Program-made: the position numbers and the translations under genes
Shown here: positions 1 through 7,659 of the stretch, in pieces
How the letters are laid out: every line of letters begins with the position of its first letter
Position numbering within the stretch: the first letter of the stretch is position 1
Notes under the pieces: generated by a model
Told to the model about the DNA's origin: nothing
The model's database searches: none
Seen by the model: the letters and a program-made list of their open reading frames with translations, nothing else
Source: Pseudobacteriovorax sp.
GTDB lineage: Bacteria; Bdellovibrionota_B; Oligoflexia; Oligoflexales; Oligoflexaceae
Reading direction: 5' to 3'
DNA: 23,122 nucleotides
Assembly: GCA_050293845.1 (NCBI GenBank)
Contig: JBNKNM010000077.1
Coordinates: 1 to 23,122, forward strand

Positions 1-74
1 ACTTTAAACAATGTAATCTGAACTAAGCCAAACAAGAGGTAGCAATACAAGTAATTATAGTAAAGCATAATCAT

Positions 75-156
75 GACTCATTAATAAATAATATTTTATT
101 AATTAACATAAATAAACCGTTACGTTAATTAACTTGTCAGTGTATTTAAATGAGTC
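75..156. repeat. Nested inverted repeats on one symmetry axis; inner arms resemble XerD-binding half-sites
   Basis: GACTCATT (75-82)/AATGAGTC (149-156) and TTAATTAACATAA (99-111)/TTACGTTAATTAA (120-132, 1 mismatch) are all centred at 115.5. Confidence 0.45.
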
Positions 157-181
157 TTAAATAATAATAAGGGGCAAGGGA

Positions 182-391
182 GTGTCAACAAAATTCAAAG
201 TTGAGAAACTTTTACCGGAAGATTAGCAACTATATAAGGATATTAGAGTGGAAGCTGTTGCTACACAGCCAGAACACTTCGCTCCATCTTCCGATGAGTC
301 TCTCCTTTAAAACAACTCTGAAAAAGTATTCATCTCTAGATGTCTAAATCTTGCTTTTGTAGATCTCGACGGCAAACTAGTGGGACACTAG
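182..391 (+). pseudogene. GNAT-family acetyltransferase pseudogene (5' part; 3' extent uncertain)
   Basis: From GTG 182, after a purine-rich stretch, the frame reads VSTKFKVEKLLPED*QLYKDIRVEAVATQPEHFAPSSDESLL*NNSEKVFISRCLNLAFVDLDGKLVGH*. This matches the GNAT N-terminal pattern 'L.P.DW..Y..IRLEAL...P.AF' and the 'F....DGKLVG' strand. In-frame stops are at 224-226 (where W is expected), 308-310 and 389-391. Confidence 0.65.
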
Positions 392-515
392 CCTCGATCA
401 AATCAATGCTAATGTCGTCCGGGACTCTCTCATGGCCAAAAAACCCTTGGGTACGGCTGCCCAAAAAGCAGTCGATCATTGCCCTAAGGATGATGCTAAG
501 TCTCCCTTGATCGCT

Positions 516-556
516 AGCTTTGTGGCGGCAAACTAACGCTTTGGCGCCACAAAGCT
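516..556. repeat. GC-rich inverted repeat / hairpin
   Basis: AGCTTTGTGGCG (516-527)/CGCCACAAAGCT (545-556) are perfect 12-bp arms, extended inward by CAAA/TTTG after one mismatch, with a 7-nt loop. Confidence 0.7.
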
Positions 557-758
557 GCTAATGCGATGTTTCGGATTCTGGCTATCACAAGCAGTATTGC
601 TATAGATGAAATAAACTACCTCAAAATGATTCTCTAGCTACTATTTTTACGAAAAAATATCTTAATTTATTGATATTATTATTGAAATAAACTTCCGCAA
701 ATTAGCTAATTTGATTTTAACTTATTCCGATAAGGTGTATAATGATGAGGAGGTAGCA

Positions 759-1310
759 ATGACTTCGGAGAAAAAGGATATGGGCGCAACGGAAAAAAAA
801 ATCCGTGAGGATATTAGTAAGATCCTGATCTCCTTGACCCATTTTGAGGAGTCTAAAGCCAACCCGATCGATCGCTATCTCATTGACGCCATTAAAGATA
901 TTAGCCAGGGCCTAAACGAAGGCGAAAAGCAGAAGCTAGAAAAAGCTAACTACATGCGCCAGGCAAAGCAGAGAAAGGCTTTTTTAGAGGCTTCCCTAAC
1001 GGTGAAAGAGCTAGTATCCATGACAGGCCTGAGTGATCGGGGTGTCAGGAATATGATCAGGCCGCTTCTAAAAATTGAACATAACAATACCTATTACGTT
1101 CCCCAATTTCAGTTCCAATTTGATAAAACCAGCTATGTATCGCAAGAACTTAAACAGTGTCTAGAAAGCTTCCCTCCCGAAATCTCCCCCATAGGAAAAT
1201 TTAACTATTTAACTAAAGATAACAGTAGATTAAACTCAATACCACTGGAAGCCCTCAAGAAAGGGCATTTAGATGAAGTACTAGCTGATATCAGGGGAAT
1301 TATTACTTGA
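759..1310 (+). CDS. Putative antitoxin: HTH plus Xre/MbcA/ParS-type toxin-binding C-terminal domain
   Basis: HTH-like LTVKELVSMTGLSDRGVRNM, a 'YVPQFQF' motif and C-terminal 'YLTKDNSRLNSIPLEALKKGHLDEVL' are typical of partners of RES toxins. It overlaps the RES gene (TTGA at 1307-1310). Start moved from TTG 711 to ATG 759 because of the SD GAGGAGG at 747-753. Confidence 0.75.
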   Translation: MTSEKKDMGATEKKIREDISKILISLTHFEESKANPIDRYLIDAIKDISQGLNEGEKQKLEKANYMRQAKQRKAFLEASLTVKELVSMTGLSDRGVRNMIRPLLKIEHNNTYYVPQFQFQFDKTSYVSQELKQCLESFPPEISPIGKFNYLTKDNSRLNSIPLEALKKGHLDEVLADIRGIIT

Positions 1311-1909
1311 CGCTTAGAAAAAGGCTGCGCTGTCCTGAAACTTGGAAGCCAAATCCAGATTTAATAGTCTATGCAAACATTCCTGAGCAAACTGAGCTCA
1401 TAAGAATGCATTCAAAATACACCTACGATCGATTTGGATTCTCGTTTAATCCCACCGGCCCCCGAGGTCGCTGGGATCATCATGGTGCAACAGATTCTGC
1501 CTGCGTTCTGTATACGGCCTGCGATCTGGCAACAGCTTTTCTAGAAATATCCATGGATACAGAAGAGTTCACCACTGATTATTGGTATATTTTATATCTT
1601 GAGACCTCGAAAAAAATTAAATTATTGGATCTTCGGGCATCGGGATGCCTTGCTATAAGTTCCAACCGTGACTTGGTTGCACCTTCCTGCCCACGAGAAA
1701 TTTCTCAGGAGTGGTCACGTAAGCTCCATACTCACCTGGATTTTCAGGGGATAATCTGGGAATCCGCAGCATCGGGCTCTGATTGTGTATTTTTAAATGA
1801 AAAGGCTCAAGATAGTCTTAATCTTATCAAACACCACAAAGCCTCTTTAAAAAAATACAGGCAAGGTTTTTTGAGGCTTGGGTTTGATTTCAATATAGCC
1901 ATTTACTGA
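1307..1909 (+). CDS. RES domain-containing toxin (RES-family NAD+ phosphorylase-like)
   Basis: R-E-S triad in the expected contexts: 'GRWD', 'VLYTACDLATAFLE', 'LLDLR', 'SQEWSRKLH', 'GIIWESAA', 'CVFLNE'. Translationally coupled to the upstream antitoxin-like gene. Confidence 0.88.
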   Translation: MTLRKRLRCPETWKPNPDLIVYANIPEQTELIRMHSKYTYDRFGFSFNPTGPRGRWDHHGATDSACVLYTACDLATAFLEISMDTEEFTTDYWYILYLETSKKIKLLDLRASGCLAISSNRDLVAPSCPREISQEWSRKLHTHLDFQGIIWESAASGSDCVFLNEKAQDSLNLIKHHKASLKKYRQGFLRLGFDFNIAIY

Positions 1910-2495
1910 TTATTTCAGATATTAAATGAAAGCAGATATCACGCGAATTAAGGCATACTGCTTACCTTCAGCGAGCAAACCATTGTAACTAATTGGATAC
2001 AGTTGCCTATTGTCGTATCGCCTCCATAATCAGTCAAAAGTTTTTTAAATACAGTTATTTAGGCAACTTAATTTGATAGTTTCTTTTTTTCAGATCATCC
2101 CTTGTCCAGCATTATCGCTAAATGATCCTTAGCTGATTGGAGTTGTATATTTCAATAAAAATCAGCCAGATATTGTCAAATTTCCAGTGGGCCAACCAGA
2201 TGGGACACTGTCTCGTAATGCGCAAGAAGTGCAGATGTAAATGGTAAATCTCTTTTGCTTCGAAAGACTAAGCATATTGTGGGTTTGTTTGGCGTGGCAA
2301 TTGGACGGATTGTAATAATTATTGGTTGCAAACTTTAACCTGTAGCATGTCAAGTTTAGATGTTTGTTGCAAATTTAGGCCCCTTAATCACGGATATGGC
2401 CAAGCTGATTCAAAGACTAAATTTCTGAATTCAAAGGTCCTTGTCTTTGCTTGATAATTCAATTAGCTTATAGAAACTCAGAATAAGGAAGACTT

Positions 2496-3281
2496 ATGAA
2501 GCTCAAACGACTTGGCAAAAAGGTGCTAGCTAAATTCATCAAAACGAAGTCTGTAACCTTTGATAACCTGACTCTCAAAGGAGCTTTTGAGGACTATGGA
2601 GTTCTCAAGGCTATAGGTAACGAAGCACACGAGCAGTTTTTTAAAGCTTTATTTCTCAAAGAATTACAAGGCTCGGGTGATGTCGTGGATATAGGCGCCC
2701 ATTTAGGCAAATACTCGTTGTTAGCGGGCTCTCATTTAGAAGAGGGTTATAAAGTCTATTCATTCGAGCCACATCCAAGGACATTCACCTATCTTCGACA
2801 AAACGTTGTGGAGAATGGGCTTCAGCAAAAAGTTCAGACATTTAACTTAGCGATTAGCGACCAAGACGGCTCTGCAAGTTTAAATGCGGATCTACTTCAA
2901 TCTGACTTTACCAGTCTTGCAGCAGTCCGCGACCCCAATGAAGTAAATCAGGTCGCTGTAAAAACACGAAAATTAATTTCTGTGGTTCCAGATTGTTTGC
3001 CTCGTGTTTTGAAAATTGATGTAGAAGGCGCCGAATGTCTTGTGCTGGATGGTATAAACGATACTATTCAACGTGCCCGTAGAAGTGGGTTAGAGATAGT
3101 GCTTTTTATTGAGGCTAACAGCGATGCCTTAGGAGCTTTTTCTTCAAGCCCAGCTAAATTAGCGGCAAAAATCAAAGAATTAGGTTTTAAGTCGATTAAA
3201 AAAATTGATGAAGATCAAAAAGCTCTAGTTGACATTCAATTAGAGAATTCACAACTTTGTGAAAACTGGCTTTGCAGCTAG
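2496..3281 (+). CDS. FkbM family SAM-dependent methyltransferase
   Basis: Motifs VVDIGAHLGKYS, VYSFEPHP, NLAISD and LKIDVEGAE; SD AAGGAAG upstream. Confidence 0.92.
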   Translation: MKLKRLGKKVLAKFIKTKSVTFDNLTLKGAFEDYGVLKAIGNEAHEQFFKALFLKELQGSGDVVDIGAHLGKYSLLAGSHLEEGYKVYSFEPHPRTFTYLRQNVVENGLQQKVQTFNLAISDQDGSASLNADLLQSDFTSLAAVRDPNEVNQVAVKTRKLISVVPDCLPRVLKIDVEGAECLVLDGINDTIQRARRSGLEIVLFIEANSDALGAFSSSPAKLAAKIKELGFKSIKKIDEDQKALVDIQLENSQLCENWLCS

Positions 3282-3752
3282 TCTTCTGGTTATTATGGCA
3301 TTCTCTGTGCCTTTGAAAACCAAATCCCGTAAACGGTTAAGTTTTCTATCGTTGAAATGAAACATTTCAACCCACGGGCGCGATTAATCGAAAGTTCAGA
3401 AGCTGCTGATGTTACATCGGCATTTCAGGATGCTAAGGAGCAACATATCTACAATCGAAAGATGGGCACATTAGCAATAATGACTTTAGGTATTATTGCC
3501 ATCGTCACGGAAAATTCCTCGACAGCTACCTTAGTTAAGGTTAGAGAAACAAAAGCTGAAAAGTTAGAAGTTATACCAGCCTAGCTAAAAGTAGTAGAAC
3601 TCATTCCTACTTATAAATGCCTGTGTTGTTCTCTCCTTCGTGGCTTTATGGTAACGAGCGCAAAGATGCGCCGGTTAAAAGGTAACAAATTGAACAATCT
3701 ACTATTACAAAGGAGCCTTAAATCTTCCTTTGCATCTGTGTCGGTGCCTTGT

Positions 3753-3808
3753 AACAGAGTCGACTTTAGAAATCTTTGTATAGCTTTCGCGTATTTGTCG
3801 ACTCTGTT
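3753..3808. repeat. 12-bp perfect inverted repeat with 32-nt spacer, just downstream of the DUF4360-like operon
   Basis: AACAGAGTCGAC (3753-3764)/GTCGACTCTGTT (3797-3808). Confidence 0.65.
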
Positions 3809-3823
3809 GATACTTTAAAATAA

Positions 3824-4522
3824 TTATTCACAATCCCTCAGTTCGATAAACAATTTAACCTCAGATGATACATCCACTGAAGTAAGTTCAATCTGAGTTG
3901 GAGGAAAATTTGCTGGCGCGTTCAGCGGTTCTTGGGTAAATAAAATACTATTCCAAATAAGAGTTTTTTCATTTTGATTGCAAGGAGCAACAACTAGCTC
4001 CCTAATTTGATCAAGCATAAAGAATCTAGGATTAAAAAACTGGGGAGCCTGTACCTCCTCAGCCTGTGTCTGCATAATGCTAGCATTGCGGTTTTGATCA
4101 AATCCAAAGACATCAGATCTAACATCGCGAGCCCTACCTCCGATCCACGAGTATTCCCTTGTAATTCCAGCTATCCCAGCCTGACTTTCTGTCCCCAGAC
4201 CACTTGCCACACCTCGATATTCCACACTCGTTAAGGTACCCGTGATACCCTCTGGAAACTTAAAGGTTGTTCTAAAGTCACAGGTACTATAAGAGCTATT
4301 TATATCAGTGCTTACAGACTTGTAATTGGAAAAAAGAAATGTTACCGAAGCTCCATTACCGTTGATTTCGACAATTGGTTCGAACTCAGTCCCTTCAGCT
4401 TTGCAATCCCCCCCCTCAATATTAGCGCCGACGATCTCTATGGATGGCTCAGAGGATTGAGAAAAGGCAGTTGTTACAATATAAAACGATCCGATAAAAA
4501 CAAAAGATAGCAATCTAAGCAC
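3824..4522 (-). CDS. Secreted DUF4360-like protein
   Basis: Sec signal peptide, then 'GGDC', 'VTFLFSNY', 'STCDF..F.FPEG', 'VEYRG', 'APC', 'TL..NS' and a C-terminal 'RDC'; four Cys in the DUF4360 pattern. SD AAGGAG precedes the GTG start. Confidence 0.75.
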   Translation of the reverse strand: MLRLLSFVFIGSFYIVTTAFSQSSEPSIEIVGANIEGGDCKAEGTEFEPIVEINGNGASVTFLFSNYKSVSTDINSSYSTCDFRTTFKFPEGITGTLTSVEYRGVASGLGTESQAGIAGITREYSWIGGRARDVRSDVFGFDQNRNASIMQTQAEEVQAPQFFNPRFFMLDQIRELVVAPCNQNEKTLIWNSILFTQEPLNAPANFPPTQIELTSVDVSSEVKLFIELRDCE

Positions 4523-4546
4523 GGTTTTCTCCTTAAAAAAATATTT

Positions 4547-5206
4547 TTAACGACAAGGTTTTGCCTTAAACGATGCAGACATTGGTCCTTCACTCGTAAC
4601 TGCAAGAATACCAGCATTGGCAATACCATAATCGGAATAAGGCTGGGGACCAGCTGTTAGAAACGTACTAACGCGGAGGGTAACTTTTTCAGCCCCACAG
4701 GGACTCCAACCACGGGTATCCCCTAGATCATTTGCTACATAGTCAGTAATTTGAAAATAATTATACCTATCCACATTTGAATCGGCATCACTTTCTTGTA
4801 AAGATCTATAACCGTTACGGCTAAAAAAATATAGATCGTTTCTTTGATCGCTACGTGCTCCTGCCCAATAGTACTCACGATTAAAATTAACAAAAGACAT
4901 TCGCCCTTCGGCCAATCCGTAGTAGGTAACTTTATCAAGAGAATAGCTATAGTTAGGATCGACTATGAATGTTGCAGCAACATTGCAGTTGGCAGTTATA
5001 ATTTGATTACCCTCAAGATTCACTTCGAAGTAGTCCGGCTTGACAACGAGTTGACTCCCAAACGTAATGATTTCGACACTGTCTTTGTTGCAAGTATTTC
5101 CGAGAATAGAATAGCTTTCCAACTTAGGTAAAGGTACTGCAAGAGATGCTGTAGTACAAACTAAGGAGGTAAACGCAAACAGCAAAAGATTTCTCCCAAT
5201 CATCAT
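4547..5206 (-). CDS. Secreted DUF4360-like protein (paralog)
   Basis: Signal peptide, then 'GNTC', 'ANCNV', 'YSLDKVTYYG', 'REYYWAG', 'WSPCG', 'TLRVST' and a C-terminal 'KPC'. SD AAAGGAA; 24-nt gap to the next gene. Confidence 0.72.
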   Translation of the reverse strand: MMIGRNLLLFAFTSLVCTTASLAVPLPKLESYSILGNTCNKDSVEIITFGSQLVVKPDYFEVNLEGNQIITANCNVAATFIVDPNYSYSLDKVTYYGLAEGRMSFVNFNREYYWAGARSDQRNDLYFFSRNGYRSLQESDADSNVDRYNYFQITDYVANDLGDTRGWSPCGAEKVTLRVSTFLTAGPQPYSDYGIANAGILAVTSEGPMSASFKAKPCR

Positions 5207-5385
5207 CTTTGTTCCTTTCGTCTTTTAAAACAAAAAACAATTGCGCTCAGATTACCGAGCGATAGTTATGGATGTATCTTGTACTTAGAACTGAATCAAC
5301 AAATTTAGTGGGGCATTTGGGGGCGCATTGCAAATGTTTATGGCATAAATGTAACTAAAAAAATTGTTGACGATCCAAATTATTC

Positions 5386-5883
5386 TTAACGAACCATACG
5401 GTACTTGCATGAGATATCGTCTGATTGATCGATACATTTTGCATATTTTTCATAGAGTAGAGCATCTTGATAACGATTCTGACTTCTGTAGAACTTACAA
5501 AGTGCCGTGCATAAAGATAAGAGTATTTCTGGAGGTAGAGAAGGGATCATTAAGCCCTTTATGATTTTTTCTACTGAGTGTTTTTCCTTAAAATGTACAA
5601 CTCGAGACAATATTTCATCAATCGCGGCTTTTTGATCTTCTTTACTTGCATATGTAGTCATATTTCCATAAATAAGATCTTCGGGTTCACATTCCAAGGC
5701 TTCTACCAATTTTTCAAAGTTTTCTCTGCGAACGCGTTTGATTTCACCGTTCATCCAACGAGAAATGGTCTTACGATCGACGAGTGTTACATGAGCGAGC
5801 CAAGTTAGCTTTACATTTTTTTTTACAACTATGGCAAGTAACTGACTACTGTTAATGCGGATACTTTTTGATAGAGGGTCCAT
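5386..5883 (-). CDS. XRE/Cro-C1-type HTH transcriptional regulator with short helical C-terminus
   Basis: 'WLAHVTLVDRKTISRWMNGEIKRVRRENFEKLVEALECEPEDL' is an XRE HTH. SD GAGGTG lies upstream of the ATG. Confidence 0.82.
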   Translation of the reverse strand: MDPLSKSIRINSSQLLAIVVKKNVKLTWLAHVTLVDRKTISRWMNGEIKRVRRENFEKLVEALECEPEDLIYGNMTTYASKEDQKAAIDEILSRVVHFKEKHSVEKIIKGLMIPSLPPEILLSLCTALCKFYRSQNRYQDALLYEKYAKCIDQSDDISCKYRMVR

Positions 5884-6611
5884 CAGAATCTCACCTCAAT
5901 TATTAAAAACTATGTGATTTAGAAAGCGTTCTCATGATTTAAATCAAGTTACGAAAAAAATATTCCTTTCCATAGAACGCAGCAGCTTAATAATTTGAGC
6001 TAAATCTGCATAATTTATTGCAAATAAATTTTCTTAAACCAACTGATAAACTATAGGAGTCATATTAAAGGAGAGTTATGGGATGTTACTGTCATTCGGT
6101 AGTACAATTTCACAAATGATATTTTAGGAAATAACCAAATCAGAGATGATAACTAAAGCTAGGAAAATCCCCCTACGTCTAGATACACATCAATAAACAG
6201 CTTAGTGGCTCCACACTTTTAGATGGCACCTAGGGTACGCGCTAAGGTAACATTCCGGTCCAGGCTCGAACAAACCTCTGATAGGAGTAACCAGTAGCTT
6301 TGATGCTTCTAAAAATGCCCATGTTTTGAGGTTTCATACATTCAATTCCAAAGATAGATACGGTATTGTAACAATTAACAAATGCCATCAACAATGCAAA
6401 AAATTTGCAGGACGCTCTGGATCTACTGAAAGAGATATAACGCACCAGATCAAGGCCAGCCAAGCGGGGGGGTGTTCTTGAAAAACTGCTCATCAAGAAT
6501 GTCAAAATTGCCTGCTTCTGTTTGTTAATTTGCTTTTGGCAAGACGGTATTACAGGTTAATTAAGCTACCCACTCTCCACTTCTTTGAACGCTTGCAAAG
6601 GACAAATACTT

Positions 6612-7511
6612 CTAAGGTTTGGGTACGTGGACGTGAAGCGCTTTTCTTAGGGGATACATGCTTACGTTGCGGCCTTGATGGAGATCGCCGTCAATTTCAA
6701 TAAATTGCTGTTGGGGTAACTGAAACTTTATGTTGCATCCTTCGAGTGTCCTTATAAAAGATAGGCTACGTAACCCGCTGTGATATAGCTTTAGTATGTT
6801 CACTAGAAATTTGAAGATTCCAATGGGTGCAGCTGCTATACTTACGGCAATCTTACCTGAGTCGTGAAAGTTCGGTTCCCCTAGTTTCATGCCACCTCCT
6901 CCATAGTAGCCTTTGTTCATCAAGATGGCTAGAAAATCACCGGAAATTGATGTACCATCAACGCTAATTTGGAGATTTTGAGACCGCATCTTGCCGATGA
7001 CAGCAAGAGTAGGAATAGTATAAGAAAATCTACTAGGGATCCACTTGGGAAGATGTTCCTTCTTCGAAACTATACTTGTAGTAATGCCCAGGCTGATCGT
7101 GTTGATGCTATATAAGCTCTGACCATCGATATCTAAGAAAACCATATCAATAGGTTTTTTGTAGCCTTCGCGGATAATCTTTACGGGATCTTCTTTTCCA
7201 GCAATAGATTTAAAAAAATCACAGCCAGTACCAGCAGGAACGCAGGCAAGGGATGCCTGAGGAAATAAGTTACGTTCTTGCAAGAAAAATGCGCTAGCTG
7301 CTTGACATATGGTCCCATCCCCCCCCACTGCTATAATCTGCTGCGCTCCGTCTTCTAATGCTTTACGCGTCTGAAGACGAACGTCTTGGGGAGTTGGGCA
7401 AAGGACCACGTGATCCCGTCCTAAGTCAGGAAATTGCTCTACGAGAAAATTGGTGGTTTTAAGGCTACGGCCATTGCCAGCCAGGGGGTTCGCAATCACA
7501 TAACGTCTCAT
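6612..7511 (-). CDS. Diacylglycerol/lipid kinase family protein (YegS/BmrU/DgkB-like)
   Basis: Motifs NPLAGNG, AVGGDGT, PAGTGCDF, ID, YYGGGM and EIDGD; 299 aa. Confidence 0.9.
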   Translation of the reverse strand: MRRYVIANPLAGNGRSLKTTNFLVEQFPDLGRDHVVLCPTPQDVRLQTRKALEDGAQQIIAVGGDGTICQAASAFFLQERNLFPQASLACVPAGTGCDFFKSIAGKEDPVKIIREGYKKPIDMVFLDIDGQSLYSINTISLGITTSIVSKKEHLPKWIPSRFSYTIPTLAVIGKMRSQNLQISVDGTSISGDFLAILMNKGYYGGGGMKLGEPNFHDSGKIAVSIAAAPIGIFKFLVNILKLYHSGLRSLSFIRTLEGCNIKFQLPQQQFIEIDGDLHQGRNVSMYPLRKALHVHVPKP

Positions 7512-7659
7512 GGGGGGTCCTAGCTAATACAGACTGTGTAAGGATTTTTTCTATTCTAACTGGAATTTGTAAATTTGGGTAACCCTATTCCGCTGAAGCT
7601 CTGATGGTCTTTTTGATAGGGCGCCCTCACCAATTAGAGCCCCCATCGTGGGGGATGAA

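Noticed and set aside
711..743. TATAAT at 738-743 as the TA promoter
   Set aside because: No well-spaced -35 (TTGATT is 21 nt away), and the start site would fall within the SD.
2162..2353. 63-aa minus-strand ORF containing 'NCHAKQTH' and a CxxC
   Set aside because: TTG start, no SD, and no complete HNH or zinc-finger pattern.
3351..3385. ATTTCAACCCACGGGCGCGA resembles a shortened type I-C CRISPR repeat and overlaps the 9-bp IR GTTGAAATG/CATTTCAAC
   Set aside because: Single copy, lacks the internal stem, and there are no spacers or cas genes.
3357..3584. 75-aa ORF with a hydrophobic stretch
   Set aside because: No SD at the start and no recognisable family. An internal AAGGAG hints at a decayed gene, but I cannot support it.
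6242..6505. 87-aa minus-strand ORF
   Set aside because: No SD or domain; probably a spurious frame in degenerate DNA.
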